A stretch of 64,000 bases of DNA from Rickettsiales bacterium (GCA_022763105.1 JALEGK010000030.1:358-64357), one strand, 5' to 3'; positions 1 through 10,953 are shown, counted from the first letter of the stretch. Notes: generated by a model not told the origin, from the sequence alone. A program made the numbers and translations.

Positions 1-892
1 CAAACCCCATCGAGCGATAGAGATGGCAGGCCGGATGCAAGCTGCGGCTGGATAGAATAAAGATGCGCTTGGCGTCCAGACGTGTCTTGGCATCATCTAT
101 CACATGACGCAACAGCGCACGCCCAATACCCTTGCCACGCACATTGCCGGTGGTGCCCATTTTGGTGAATTCGTAATGACCATCTTCTTCTTTATAGAGC
201 GCTGCGGTGCCTAAAATTTGCCCGTCAATCTCAGCGAAATAGACCATGCCGCCATTATCGATGATGTATTTCTTCGGATCATTCATGACCTTCTCATCAT
301 GCGGTTCCAGTTTGAACAGCTCCTCAATCCACGCCTTGTTGATGCTGGCAAAATACGGCGCCAACTCTTCGGAGTAATCATGAATACGAATACGCTCAGA
401 ATAATAATGGCGCTGATGATCGGCCATGCGCTGCGGCAGGCTCGCATCGGTAATGGCGCGCTCATAATTATCTAGCAATGCAAGCAGCGAGTAGGGTAGC
501 TCGGCACCAATTTCCTGCTGGGTTTGACGAATCGCATACCACATCGGCTGCAAACGCTTCACGAGTGCCTTGCCCTCGGCGGTCAGGCGCATCACCTTAG
601 CGCGCTTATCATCGGCATGGGTGTGGTACGACAAAATATTGTTCTTCTCTAAGATGCTGGCCTTCTGGCTTACGCTCGCGGCTGACACACCAAGCGCAGA
701 TGCCGCATCGCTCATGCTCACCTCATGCTCTTGGTCAAGCAAAGAGAGCAGGGGAAAACAGCTCGGCTCAAAATCAATGTGATTGGCGGCGTAAAATTCT
801 GACGTCGAACCATATAGCGTATCTGAAATACGTTTTAAGCGACTACCCAGCGCTAAAAAACCTAGCGCATGTAAATGATCCGGTTGAGACAT
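1..892 (-). CDS. MarR-family HTH / GNAT acetyltransferase fusion (3' end runs off window)
   Basis: Hand translation from ATG at 892: MSQPDHLHALGFLALGSRLKRISD..., HTH ASALGVSAASVSQ, wing DDKRAKVMRLTAEG, GNAT motif A VRGKGIGRALL and HLYRSMGF. Not in ORF track because the stop lies outside the window. Confidence 0.85.
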   Translation of the reverse strand, partial: MSQPDHLHALGFLALGSRLKRISDTLYGSTSEFYAANHIDFEPSCFPLLSLLDQEHEVSMSDAASALGVSAASVSQKASILEKNNILSYHTHADDKRAKVMRLTAEGKALVKRLQPMWYAIRQTQQEIGAELPYSLLALLDNYERAITDASLPQRMADHQRHYYSERIRIHDYSEELAPYFASINKAWIEELFKLEPHDEKVMNDPKKYIIDNGGMVYFAEIDGQILGTAALYKEEDGHYEFTKMGTTGNVRGKGIGRALLRHVIDDAKTRLDAKRIFILSSRSLHPACHLYRSMGF

Positions 893-1149
893 AGCATCCT
901 CTATTGTGATTGTATTTGGCCATAGCGTAACCAGCCGAATAAGAACTGCCAGAATATATAGTTAAGTGTTTAAGTAAAAACAAGACTATTGATGGGGTTA
1001 TTAGAATTTGCGCCTATCTAGTGAATAAGGCGGTGTGCCAATACTAGATATTGATTAAATTTTATTAACGACTGCACAGATACTAATTGAATATTTATAT
1101 GTTACGGATTACTTCTGTAGGCAATCACAGCCCATAGGAGATTAAGGAC

Positions 1150-2514
1150 ATGGCAACCATCACCGGAACATTGGATAACGATACTCTAATCGGTAGCGAA
1201 TTCGCGGACGATATTTCTGCATTCGATGGCAATGATGTGGTCTTCGGTAACGAAGGCGATGACACGATTTATGGTGGCTTAGGCCAAGACACGCTATGGG
1301 GCTGGCTCGGCTCTGACATCATCGAGGGTAACGAGGGCAACGATTTGCTCGGCGGTGATGGCGGCAATGATACGCTGTATGGTAACGAGGGCAGCGATTC
1401 GATTTACGGTGTAGATGGCGACGACCATATGTATGGCGGCGCAGAGGCTGACCGCATCGAAGGTGCATCGGGTAATGACTATATCAATGGCGGTGCAGGC
1501 GGCGACTTTATGCATGCCGATATTGGCAATGACTCCATCGATGGTGAAGACGGAAACGACATCGCCTATGGCGGTGAAGGTGATGATTCACTCGATGGTG
1601 GCGCAGGTGATGATTCATTGTTTGGTGAGTCGGGCAATGACAGCGTCTATGGCGGTGCCGGTAACGATATGATCTTGGTCGATAACGGCGATGATTACGT
1701 TGAAGCACAGGGCGGTAACGATCTGGTGTATGGCTGGAGCGGCTCTGACACGCTTCGCGGCGGCGAAGGTAACGACACGATTCTGGGCGATTGGGAAGGC
1801 GATGAACTTCGCGGTGGCGCAGGCGATGATTTGATCTTTGGTGGCTCAGAAAATGACACCATCTATGGCGGCGCTGATAATGATGTGCTGGCAGCAGAGT
1901 GGGGTGATGACTGGGTCGATGGTGGCACGGGTGATGACACCATCTATGGTGGCGCGAATGTCGATACGCTGTTTGGTAACGAAGGTAACGACTCTATCGA
2001 TGGTCAGGAAGAAACCGACTATATTTACGGTGGCGCAGGCAACGATAATCTGTTCGGTAATGGCGGTAGCGATTACGTCGAAGGCGGCGATGGCGACGAC
2101 ACGCTCGATGGTGGCGTGGGTAATGACATTATCGTCGGCGGTAAAGGCTTTGACGATGCCACGGATGATGAAGGCGTCGATCAATTCTTATTCTTCTATT
2201 CAGCAGAAGGTAATGACGAGCTCGATGCGCTCGTACCAAATGTCATGACCGTTCATAACTATAATTACGGCGAAGATTATTTAGCATTCAACGCCAATGT
2301 GAATGAGGTGACGCTGAACGAAACCATGGTCAGCAATGACGGTACCTACACGTACCTCACGCCATTCTCACACGACACGAATGATCATATGCGCCTCGTC
2401 GGTGTGCATGATCTGACCTATAATGTGAACACATTTGATAATGGTACGGCGGAAGATACATCGGATGATTTCTACGTCATCGAATTCCTCCCAACACCGA
2501 TTGCGCTTGCTTAG
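1150..2514 (+). CDS. RTX (hemolysin-type) calcium-binding repeat protein
   Basis: Dozens of GGxGxDxLx nonapeptides, no N-terminal signal peptide, AGGAG RBS upstream. Confidence 0.92.
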   Translation: MATITGTLDNDTLIGSEFADDISAFDGNDVVFGNEGDDTIYGGLGQDTLWGWLGSDIIEGNEGNDLLGGDGGNDTLYGNEGSDSIYGVDGDDHMYGGAEADRIEGASGNDYINGGAGGDFMHADIGNDSIDGEDGNDIAYGGEGDDSLDGGAGDDSLFGESGNDSVYGGAGNDMILVDNGDDYVEAQGGNDLVYGWSGSDTLRGGEGNDTILGDWEGDELRGGAGDDLIFGGSENDTIYGGADNDVLAAEWGDDWVDGGTGDDTIYGGANVDTLFGNEGNDSIDGQEETDYIYGGAGNDNLFGNGGSDYVEGGDGDDTLDGGVGNDIIVGGKGFDDATDDEGVDQFLFFYSAEGNDELDALVPNVMTVHNYNYGEDYLAFNANVNEVTLNETMVSNDGTYTYLTPFSHDTNDHMRLVGVHDLTYNVNTFDNGTAEDTSDDFYVIEFLPTPIALA

Positions 2515-2517
2515 GCA

Positions 2518-3777
2518 TTAAGGGCCATCGCGCCCACCGCCTTTATCTTGGGCTTTAGTGAATGGATGCGGCTGCGTAAGCATCGCCGTATCGCGGCGTG
2601 CGCCTGGAATATTTCCTAAAGCTGGTGCCATGGCGCGGCTAGTGGTTAGTGGTCCGTCTTCAATCGATGCCGACCATTGATCAATCGTCTCTTTCAACGC
2701 TTCAACATCGTGAAAGCGATCAAAGAACGCCGCCGCTGCGGTAATGTATCGCTCGCCTTTTGCATTACGCAACGGACCAGCCCCCCAGATTTCTTCTGCG
2801 CTTGCTGCTTTTAGTTGGCGCGGGTCTAGAGCCTGATCATCGTGATGAATAATCGGATCAACATAGCCAGCTGCTTGCATGGCTTTCGCATCGGTTAGCG
2901 CGCGGCCATCGCGATAGAGATAAAGCAGATCAAGTGCGTCTGAGCTTAAATGGGGACGGTACAAATGACTCACATGATAAGATTTGCTCATGACCTTTGC
3001 AGCTTGCGTGCTAAATGCGGTAATCTCTCTGACTGCCTCTTCATTAGCAACGATCAACGCATCCCGCACGGTGACACCTTGCGCCTGTAATGCATCATCG
3101 ACAATGCCTTGCATATTAGCATGTGGAATGTGAATCCCTGCCGCATGCACCAATCCGAATGGCATAATGCCCACGCCATTTACGCCTAAACTATGACGTA
3201 CCAAAGTGGCGGTGGTAATGTCATTGGGGACGCGGTCTGCATTGCTAGCAGCAATAAACGGCGCATGCTTGATACTTTGCGGATATTCTTTCGCAAGCTG
3301 TTGTGACAGCTGAATGGCCTCGACATAAAAAGGCGAGACGCCTGCCGCTAATATGCCTTCTCTGTTAGGAGGTAGGTGGGTTTTACCGCGGCTATCAATC
3401 GCCTCAACTATGACAGGTGGCGTACGGCGATGCAGTTCAATAATCGCTTCGGCTGTGTCTCTGACAGCCTCTTCATATTGCTTTAGCTCATACGGATGGG
3501 CATGCCCACGGGCACGGTAAAGATTGTCACGTGCGACTGCCCGAAAGACGGTGCGGAGTGTATTGTCATCAATGCGTCCTTCGCGATGCGCATGCAGTAT
3601 CGGATTGAAGATGACATAAGGAAGTTCAAGTAATACCTTAGCATCACGTGTTAGCTCGGTATTTTCACGCAGCATATCCGTATTCGATTTGTCGTAATGA
3701 TAGTCGCGCAGATATAACAAGAACGGACCGTCTCGTTGTTCGGGAAAAGCTGCTTTATTGAATGCTTTAAAATCCAT
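2518..3777 (-). CDS. hypothetical protein, paralog of 3785-5020; possible ChaN/EreA/TIKI-fold
   Basis: Likely start MDFKAF at 3777. Aligns by eye with neighbour (MLRENTELTRDAKVLLELPYVIFNPI vs MLRENVELTRGATVSLELPYVAFNPI). Ends DKGGGRDGP. Confidence 0.75.
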   Translation of the reverse strand: MDFKAFNKAAFPEQRDGPFLLYLRDYHYDKSNTDMLRENTELTRDAKVLLELPYVIFNPILHAHREGRIDDNTLRTVFRAVARDNLYRARGHAHPYELKQYEEAVRDTAEAIIELHRRTPPVIVEAIDSRGKTHLPPNREGILAAGVSPFYVEAIQLSQQLAKEYPQSIKHAPFIAASNADRVPNDITTATLVRHSLGVNGVGIMPFGLVHAAGIHIPHANMQGIVDDALQAQGVTVRDALIVANEEAVREITAFSTQAAKVMSKSYHVSHLYRPHLSSDALDLLYLYRDGRALTDAKAMQAAGYVDPIIHHDDQALDPRQLKAASAEEIWGAGPLRNAKGERYITAAAAFFDRFHDVEALKETIDQWSASIEDGPLTTSRAMAPALGNIPGARRDTAMLTQPHPFTKAQDKGGGRDGP

Positions 3778-3784
3778 CTTTAAC

Positions 3785-5020
3785 CTATTGCGGTCCGCTA
3801 ACGCCGCCGCCTTTGTCTCTTGCGATGGGTGGGGTGCTAAGGGCCGTTTTGCCTTCTGGTAACACCACTTTTGCTCCGTACTCGTTACTCGCGTTATCAA
3901 GTTCAATCTTCACATTAGTGCCCTTGGGCTGCGATTCAATAAAGCGGTTAACCGCTTCAATAAATTGCCGGCCTTGTTGATTTTCTAATACGGATGCGCC
4001 CCACGCATCGCTCGCGGATTTGCCGTAAAGTTGATGGCCTGCATTCGGATGTCGCGGCTGCCCATCTGTGATGACGGGATCGTAATAGCCATTGCGTTGA
4101 ATATCCGTACCGCTATGAAGCTGCCCCTGAACAAAGAAATACAAATAATCTAATCGGTCATGCGAAAGTGGATGACGTTTGGATTGATCAGGCTCACCGG
4201 CAGACTCGAGCACATATTCGGTTATGGCCTGTTTTTCGAGCGCAACGGTCATTTTCAAAAAGTCGGGATGGGCGGCAATCATCGTATCAACCACCTTTGC
4301 GCCCTGACGCTGTAAGGTTTCATCAAAGGTGCCTTGCGACTTATAAGCTTTAATGGGAATGCCGCTGGCATGCAGTGCACCGATATTGACAATGCCATAT
4401 CCGTTCTTGCCAATCATGTCCGAGGCGATGGTAGCAGAGGTTACATCATCGGGGATGCCATCTTTTTGCGAGGCAGCAATGAATGGCACATATTTAAGGC
4501 TCTCAGGAAAACGCTCACCCATCTGTCGCGATAAGAGTAACGCTTGCTGCATTTCCGGCGGGTATTTTTTATTAATGCCAAGTTGATGATGATGCAAATA
4601 AGGAGTGCCGCGCGTATCATGTGCCACCACAGGCACGGGGGGCTGACGGTTATGTAATGCTATGGCCATATACGCTTTTTCCATGTAAGCACCAATGCGA
4701 TCTTGTAGTGTCACACCATGCTGTATGTAAAATTCACGCATCTCGCCGCTGAGCGTTTTCTCCTCATGGCGCGCATAATCACTAAAGAACTCCAACAATT
4801 GTTCATCGGTGATCGCCCTGTTACGGTGTGCGGTAAAAATGGGGTTAAATGCGACGTAAGGTAGCTCTAGGCTAACCGTTGCACCACGTGTCAGCTCGAC
4901 ATTCTCGCGCAGCATTTTAGCGGTCGAATCATCAAAATGATTCTCGCGCATCACCACAATATGCTGAGTTGTCTCACCAGCCTTTGGCCGTACTGCCGCT
5001 GTATAATCTCTAAAGCCCAC
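3785..5020 (-). CDS. hypothetical protein, paralog of 2518-3777; possible ChaN/EreA/TIKI-fold
   Basis: 411-aa ORF, GTG start with GGAGAG RBS; motifs RENH, LE, DTRG, GALH; ends DKGGGVSGPQ. Confidence 0.75.
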   Translation of the reverse strand: MGFRDYTAAVRPKAGETTQHIVVMRENHFDDSTAKMLRENVELTRGATVSLELPYVAFNPIFTAHRNRAITDEQLLEFFSDYARHEEKTLSGEMREFYIQHGVTLQDRIGAYMEKAYMAIALHNRQPPVPVVAHDTRGTPYLHHHQLGINKKYPPEMQQALLLSRQMGERFPESLKYVPFIAASQKDGIPDDVTSATIASDMIGKNGYGIVNIGALHASGIPIKAYKSQGTFDETLQRQGAKVVDTMIAAHPDFLKMTVALEKQAITEYVLESAGEPDQSKRHPLSHDRLDYLYFFVQGQLHSGTDIQRNGYYDPVITDGQPRHPNAGHQLYGKSASDAWGASVLENQQGRQFIEAVNRFIESQPKGTNVKIELDNASNEYGAKVVLPEGKTALSTPPIARDKGGGVSGPQ

Positions 5021-5100
5021 AGGCTGCCCTCTCCATCGAGATAGAGTGTTTCACCCTTTAAGAGTAAAGCGATAAGGTAAAGAAAATCCTAAGGAATCAG

Positions 5101-5823
5101 TTATTTGCCAAGGGCAGATTTGAGCGAGCGCACCATATTGTTAGGCGAAGAAGGCAGCGCCCCCAGCAATTGCTTGGATTGTGGCGAGCCAGAACTTTGC
5201 AGCGACTGAATCGAATTCAGCGCCATCGAATTATAATAGCGCGACATGCCCATATCGCGGCCTACACCGCCCGTGCCGCTGGCATAAGCAGAGCCAAGTG
5301 ATAGCTGTGAAAGCACGCCCATATCACCCATATTGGCGCTGGATTGCAGATAAGGCAGCCCCATATCGGCCTTGCCCATGCTCAAATAATTCGAGCCGAT
5401 TGAGCCTTGGGTCAGCGCTTGCGAAAATGGATCGAGCGAGCCGCTGCCCAACCCGTCAAAATTGATGAAGCCTGCCAAGCTAGGCGAGCTAAACCCAATG
5501 GCCTGCTGCGAGAAAGAACGCGCCACCATACCAGCGAATCCTTCTAAATCCATCATATCACCAAAACGCGACATGCCGACCATATGCTCAAGCTCTAAGC
5601 GCAGACGCGCCACCGATTCACCAATCGCATCACACGTATCGGCAATCTGCATAATGCCGGTTTCTTCAGCGAGCGTGTGGCAGCTATCGCCAAGCGATAA
5701 GGTGCTATGCCAAAGCTGGCGACCAATGCCGGTCACCAACAAAAACCCGACAATAATACCAAGCAATGTCAGCGTACCAAAGCCCGCCTGAGAATGGCGC
5801 ATCGATGTCTTTGCGTGTTTCAT
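5101..5823 (-). CDS. membrane-anchored protein with a Sel1-like repeat
   Basis: N-terminal hydrophobic helix; YLQSSANMGDMGVLSQLSLGSAYASGTGGVGRDMGMSRYY resembles SEL1. Confidence 0.6.
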   Translation of the reverse strand: MKHAKTSMRHSQAGFGTLTLLGIIVGFLLVTGIGRQLWHSTLSLGDSCHTLAEETGIMQIADTCDAIGESVARLRLELEHMVGMSRFGDMMDLEGFAGMVARSFSQQAIGFSSPSLAGFINFDGLGSGSLDPFSQALTQGSIGSNYLSMGKADMGLPYLQSSANMGDMGVLSQLSLGSAYASGTGGVGRDMGMSRYYNSMALNSIQSLQSSGSPQSKQLLGALPSSPNNMVRSLKSALGK

Positions 5824-5968
5824 GCCCCTATTATAGCAGAAAAAGATTTAAGAAAAAGTTGCTTAGATTGGCCGATAGATAGATGACGAGAAGATAACAT
5901 CCTCGGTTTGCTTACCTTTTCTTAAAGTTTCTGCGTTAGCGTGGGTGGGTGAGGAAAGAGAAGACGGA

Positions 5969-7279
5969 ATGAACGATCAGTCACCACAGCAAACACCTGC
6001 CGCCTATTTGCAACAATTGGCGGAAGGCAAAGGTGTGCCAATAGAAGATGTAGCCCAAGCGGCAGGGTTGCATTGGGATGATCTGCAACGCCTCAGAAAA
6101 GATACGGGCTTTTACGGCACATTAAAGATGAGCCCGATATATCAAGTGCTGCAAATGAGTTTTGACGAGCGCCGCACCTTCGATCAATTAGCCTATGCCC
6201 ATTGGCCGCATCGCGTGCTGCCATATCAGGATACAAACCCCGAAGACGTCTCCATGACTAAGGCGCGCGGTCAGCAGCTCTTGCACATGATAGAGCGACG
6301 AGGCATCGGCATGGATAAAGTGCAGGAGATACTTGGCATCAACGACCCAGACCCGTTGGCACCGCCAGGACGGTTGGCGCGTGACAGATTAAATGGACTT
6401 GATGGCGGAGTGAGCGAAGCACAAACACAAATAATCTATCAATTTATTCAGGATGTGGCATCCATAGACGATACAGAGCGTAACGCATTCCTGAATGAAC
6501 AATCCCACATTTCAGAATTATGGCATCATCATGCGCTGGAATCCGAAACCATACCCGATTTTATGCGTGCTAAATTCACGCAAAGAGGCATCAGTCAGGC
6601 AGCAATCGCTGAGCGTCTGGAAAGAACGTCCGATCATATGGCGCATGCAATGGGCGGCAAAAAGCCATTCCCTTATAAATGGGTCAATGATTTTGATCAT
6701 ATTCTGTATTTCGAGCCAGATGAGTGGCAGCATCTGCAGGATTTATACGAGCGCAATCATGGCTACAGCTCGGCTTTCATGATGAATCTGGTCTATGCGG
6801 AAAGCCATCAAGGCTTGCCATTGCGCCCCGATATGCCATTACCAGAGGGTGAATTATCGAAGCAGGCAAAAGGGTTGATAAATAGTTTAGGTTGGGATCA
6901 TCTGTTGGATGAAACAATCAACAAACCTGCTGCTGCAAAACCAGCTCCTGCCAAAGCAAATGGCGCAGGCTTTAGAGATGACGCTAATCATACCATTAGC
7001 AAACCCAAGCGCCCAGAGCGTGTGGTGGTAGATGAACAGATGGGGTTAATGGAAACATTACAAGCCGTAGGTATTACCCTGCATGAGTTAACCGAACATA
7101 TCAACCCGCGTGCTATGAGCGAAGGATTAGACCGAGGCTTTAGCCCCAAAGCGCTAAAACGTGTGCTGGAACAAGAGATGCTTCAGCCGCCTCACATTGT
7201 TGAAGCGGTGCTTGCCGCCAATGAACGCCATCGTGAAGCAGCGCAAAGAGCAGGTGGCGCAGGTTCTGTCGGTTCTTAA
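5969..7279 (+). CDS. hypothetical protein with several XRE-like HTH segments
   Basis: Segments GKGVPIEDVAQAAGL, RRGIGMDKVQEILGI, QRGISQAAIAERLER; start moved to ATG 5969. Confidence 0.65.
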   Translation: MNDQSPQQTPAAYLQQLAEGKGVPIEDVAQAAGLHWDDLQRLRKDTGFYGTLKMSPIYQVLQMSFDERRTFDQLAYAHWPHRVLPYQDTNPEDVSMTKARGQQLLHMIERRGIGMDKVQEILGINDPDPLAPPGRLARDRLNGLDGGVSEAQTQIIYQFIQDVASIDDTERNAFLNEQSHISELWHHHALESETIPDFMRAKFTQRGISQAAIAERLERTSDHMAHAMGGKKPFPYKWVNDFDHILYFEPDEWQHLQDLYERNHGYSSAFMMNLVYAESHQGLPLRPDMPLPEGELSKQAKGLINSLGWDHLLDETINKPAAAKPAPAKANGAGFRDDANHTISKPKRPERVVVDEQMGLMETLQAVGITLHELTEHINPRAMSEGLDRGFSPKALKRVLEQEMLQPPHIVEAVLAANERHREAAQRAGGAGSVGS

Positions 7280-8712
7280 CGCACAATCAGCTTATGCTGG
7301 GTGTAATCATGCATTGTCTGGGCAATACCACCCACACCTAATCCACTCTGTTTGCGACCACCAAATGGCATGTAATCGACACGGAAGGCGGTGGTGTCAT
7401 TGATCATCACGGCGGCCGCATCGATGCGATCTGCATAGGCTTCGCAGTCTTTAATGTCTGCGCCCCAAACACTCGCCTGAAACGCATAAGGAGTGGTGTT
7501 AATGCGCGCGAGTGCCTCATCGGGTGATTCATAGCCATAGACGGCAACGACCGGTCCGAAGATTTCTTGGGTGGAAAGCGCTGCATCATCGGGCACATCA
7601 AACAGCACGGTGGGCTTATAGAGCGACTCAGAGATCGCTTCCGCACCGCACATCACCTTACCGCCACCTGCCATCGCATCCATCACGCTTTTATGAATGC
7701 GCGCGAGCGCTTGTGGCGTAATGATGGGGCCGACATCGGTATGCTCATTTGCAGGGTCGCCAACCTTTAGCGCTTCGGCTGCCTCGGCAAGCTTACGCGC
7801 GAGATTTCCCGCCTCATTCCACGGCGCATAGATGCGCTGGGTGGACACACAGACCTGACCCGCATGCGCCATGCTTCCTTTGATCAGGGTATTGACCATC
7901 CGGTCACTGACATTGGCGTGCGGCAGAATGAGGGCAGGGGCGATGCCACCATGCTCCAACGCGCAGCGCGTGCCAGGGGCCAGCTTTGATCGCAAATGCC
8001 AACCGACTTTGGCCGAGCCAATGAAGGATAAGAAATCCACGCGGGCATCGCAGGCGAGTGGCTCAGCGAGCGCATCCTCACACAGCAACAATTGGCAGAA
8101 TGGCTCAGGGACGCCGCAGCCGTGAATGATCTCAACGAGTTTGGCTGCCGTCAGTGGCGTGCGCAGATCGGGCTTGAGTATCACCGGAGCACCCACCGCA
8201 ATTGCAGTGATCACCTGATGCACGAGCAAGTTAAGCGGATGATTAAACGCAGAGATGGCTACCACCACGCCAATTGGCTCGCGCTTGGTATGTAATTGCT
8301 TGTCTTCAGCCGCTGGCACCAAGCCCTGAGGCAGCGCAACGCCTGCCAACATTTCATGCAAACAGCTTGCGGCATGGCGAATACCAAAAATGGCGCGATC
8401 AATTTCAATGAAAGTATCACGTTGTGGTTTGCCGCCTTCCGCGATCATGATGCTAGCGAATTGATGTTTCTCAGCCTCGACCTTATTGGCGATGGCATGC
8501 AACGCATCGATACGTGCCTGAGGCGATAACCAGCCCGCACGGTCTGCAAAGGCTGCTCGCGCCGATTCAAGCGCCGCATCAACCTGATCGGGCGTTGCCA
8601 GCGTAATCTCTTCAATATCGGATGAATCAAACGGGTTCACCACGGTGACATGCGTGCGCAAATCGGGGTTGGGCGCGGCAAGCTCAGTCTGTGCTACGGG
8701 TGTAATGCTCAT
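7276..8712 (-). CDS. aldehyde dehydrogenase family protein
   Basis: Motifs AFNHP, FIGS, LEHGG, AGQVCVS (catalytic Cys), EIFGPV, PFGGRKQSG. Confidence 0.95.
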   Translation of the reverse strand: MSITPVAQTELAAPNPDLRTHVTVVNPFDSSDIEEITLATPDQVDAALESARAAFADRAGWLSPQARIDALHAIANKVEAEKHQFASIMIAEGGKPQRDTFIEIDRAIFGIRHAASCLHEMLAGVALPQGLVPAAEDKQLHTKREPIGVVVAISAFNHPLNLLVHQVITAIAVGAPVILKPDLRTPLTAAKLVEIIHGCGVPEPFCQLLLCEDALAEPLACDARVDFLSFIGSAKVGWHLRSKLAPGTRCALEHGGIAPALILPHANVSDRMVNTLIKGSMAHAGQVCVSTQRIYAPWNEAGNLARKLAEAAEALKVGDPANEHTDVGPIITPQALARIHKSVMDAMAGGGKVMCGAEAISESLYKPTVLFDVPDDAALSTQEIFGPVVAVYGYESPDEALARINTTPYAFQASVWGADIKDCEAYADRIDAAAVMINDTTAFRVDYMPFGGRKQSGLGVGGIAQTMHDYTQHKLIVR

Positions 8713-8772
8713 GCGCGGCAAATTAGCACATTAAAAAGCGTGCGGCTAGCAGAGTCATGCTGGTTTTACGTG

Positions 8773-9291
8773 TTAAACGCTACGATTAGCGGGCGATTGA
8801 TCGATTTCACTATGTTTACCTCCACTGCCTGTCGGGGTAAGTAATCCCAAATCTCGCTTCAGCTCAGGGGAGGTTCTATCTGGAAAAACTGTTGATATCA
8901 CCGTGTTAATTTCGTCGGGGGTAAGAGGCTTGGCATTGTCTGTCGCGAATTCACTTTTGGGGTGTAATACACTTTGAAGCGCCGCTTGCACTACGGTAGT
9001 GCCAAATTTACCGACATATGCCTTCAGGCAATCTTCGGTCGGAATATCTGTCAGGCCTTTCATGTCTAGCCCTTGTGCCTTGGCATAATTATCCAAGATT
9101 AACTTAAAATCATGGTGATCAAGCACCCCTTTATCACCGCCTGAAGTTGCATCAATGTGACTGAGTGAGTGAATAGCGCGATCTACCGAAGAAGGTAGCA
9201 TCTGACGTGACGAAGCGGGTAGGAGCGGGGCTGGTTCTTTTTTGAAGCTCGCTAATGCATCGAGCATATCTTTGTCTGGCTGTGTGGCCAT
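8773..9291 (-). CDS. hypothetical protein
   Basis: Start MATQPDK at 9291 with AGGAG RBS; no family recognised. Confidence 0.6.
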   Translation of the reverse strand: MATQPDKDMLDALASFKKEPAPLLPASSRQMLPSSVDRAIHSLSHIDATSGGDKGVLDHHDFKLILDNYAKAQGLDMKGLTDIPTEDCLKAYVGKFGTTVVQAALQSVLHPKSEFATDNAKPLTPDEINTVISTVFPDRTSPELKRDLGLLTPTGSGGKHSEIDQSPANRSV

Positions 9292-9464
9292 GTCATTATC
9301 TCCTAATCGTTTTAATCCGTGTCTAAATCGCACGATTAAATCTAATCTATCTGAAGAATAACGATTTTAGTGTGAAGCTTTTGTGACATTAGGTGATAAA
9401 AATGCGCAAAATACGCCATATAATGAGCGCTCATTTTCCGCCCCCCAGAAAAAAGCGTTTTGCT

Positions 9465-9479
9465 TTAACCCTTTATTAA
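9465..9479. promoter_or_regulatory. CtrA-box consensus TTAA-N7-TTAA
   Basis: TTAAccctttaTTAA in a divergent intergenic region. Confidence 0.6.
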
Positions 9480-9615
9480 ACATCCAAGAGTATCTTGGAA
9501 AAAAGAAGGGGATACAAAGCCCCGTTAAACATCACGTAGAAGATGAAGAAAACACACTAACTAAACACATAAAGAACAACGAGACAAAAACAGGAAGAGA
9601 ACGAGGTGAGCGAAG

Positions 9616-10953
9616 ATGGTATCTCTGGATCAATATATTAGCCAATTGGAAGCCTATCCGGCACTGCCGCCGGAAATCCATATTGAAGATCTGCGTATTA
9701 TGGTCGGTGACCGTATCATCGATATACGCGAGCAAATTGCCCTTTCACGCGACGATAAGAAGAAGTTAGAGTCTAAAACCAATCTGGGCCGCCAGAAGAT
9801 TTGCGACTATAGCTTTGATGATGGCCGCGAGACCTCGATTTATGTCAGTAAATATGATCTGGCGACCGCTAAAGAGCGCGCCAAATTCTACGACAACCAT
9901 TTCCACCCACATGTCGGCAATGTGATGCTGCATGACGTGCCACTTCGCGTAGAGCGCGCTGCATGGCAAGCTTCCCAGCTATGGGAACGCGAGCAAAAAG
10001 AACGCAGCATGGCCGATAAGCTGAAAAACGGTAAATCAGGCGATCAGGTTGGCGAGATGTCGCAACGTGAAATCATCCGCTATACCGTCTATACCCGCTA
10101 TGCTAACGGCTCTCGCTGCCACGCAGTGCTGACCGAAGTAGCCGAATTTGTCTATGGCTTCAGCCTGAAAAAAGGCAGCCAGCGCATGCTGTTCAAGCTG
10201 AATGACATTATTACCGACGATAAGCCAGTCCGCGCGCGTTACACCAAAAACTGCATCAAAGACGCAGAGGGCCGCGAGATTGTGCTGGACGATAACAAGC
10301 TCACCATCGATATCCGTGCATTAGACATGGCAGAGATGGCACCAGCCCGCGAAAAAGCCGCAAAAGCGCACCAAGCGCCAGTCTTTGACGCACAGGCAGA
10401 GCCAGTATTTACCGCGCCGGATCGTTCTCAGAGCGAGGGTGAAAGCAATTCATACACGAATGACGGCGCGACCAATATCACCGCAGCAACCATGACTGCG
10501 GCCGCAGAAATCATCGCACAGGAAGCACCATCACAGCCAATCAATGGCAACCATGCAAATGGATCAATGAATGGTGCACACACGAATGCTCATGAATCCA
10601 TCATTGTTGAGGCCAACGGATCGCCGATAGCGCCTGAACAAGCGTCACAGCCAGCACGGGAGGCGACCCACCCGCAGGCCGAGACGGTCCTAGAACGCAA
10701 TGACGACGTTGCGGCTCCGGGTGAGACGATTGATACGATTCAGGGCGCGTCGTGCAACGGGGCCTTTGATATGAGCGCGCCATACGGCATTCAGCTGGAT
10801 GACATGCCATACAAGCCCGCTGCACCGACGCAAAATGGCCTTAATGGTCATGATGCAGAGGAAGAAGTGGCTGCTATTGCCGCAGAAACCGCAGAAATGC
10901 AGGCTGCAGAGGCGCAAGCAACTAATCCTCAGTCCGATCCGAATAGTTTCTAG
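9616..10953 (+). CDS. hypothetical protein (globular N-terminus, acidic disordered C-terminus)
   Basis: 445-aa ORF with GAGG RBS. Confidence 0.7.
   Translation: MVSLDQYISQLEAYPALPPEIHIEDLRIMVGDRIIDIREQIALSRDDKKKLESKTNLGRQKICDYSFDDGRETSIYVSKYDLATAKERAKFYDNHFHPHVGNVMLHDVPLRVERAAWQASQLWEREQKERSMADKLKNGKSGDQVGEMSQREIIRYTVYTRYANGSRCHAVLTEVAEFVYGFSLKKGSQRMLFKLNDIITDDKPVRARYTKNCIKDAEGREIVLDDNKLTIDIRALDMAEMAPAREKAAKAHQAPVFDAQAEPVFTAPDRSQSEGESNSYTNDGATNITAATMTAAAEIIAQEAPSQPINGNHANGSMNGAHTNAHESIIVEANGSPIAPEQASQPAREATHPQAETVLERNDDVAAPGETIDTIQGASCNGAFDMSAPYGIQLDDMPYKPAAPTQNGLNGHDAEEEVAAIAAETAEMQAAEAQATNPQSDPNSF

Noticed and set aside
1-70. Apparent frameshift at the end of the GNAT domain
   Set aside because: Recounting bases gives an in-frame KRIFILSSRSLHPACHLYRSMGF; the gene is only cut by the window edge.
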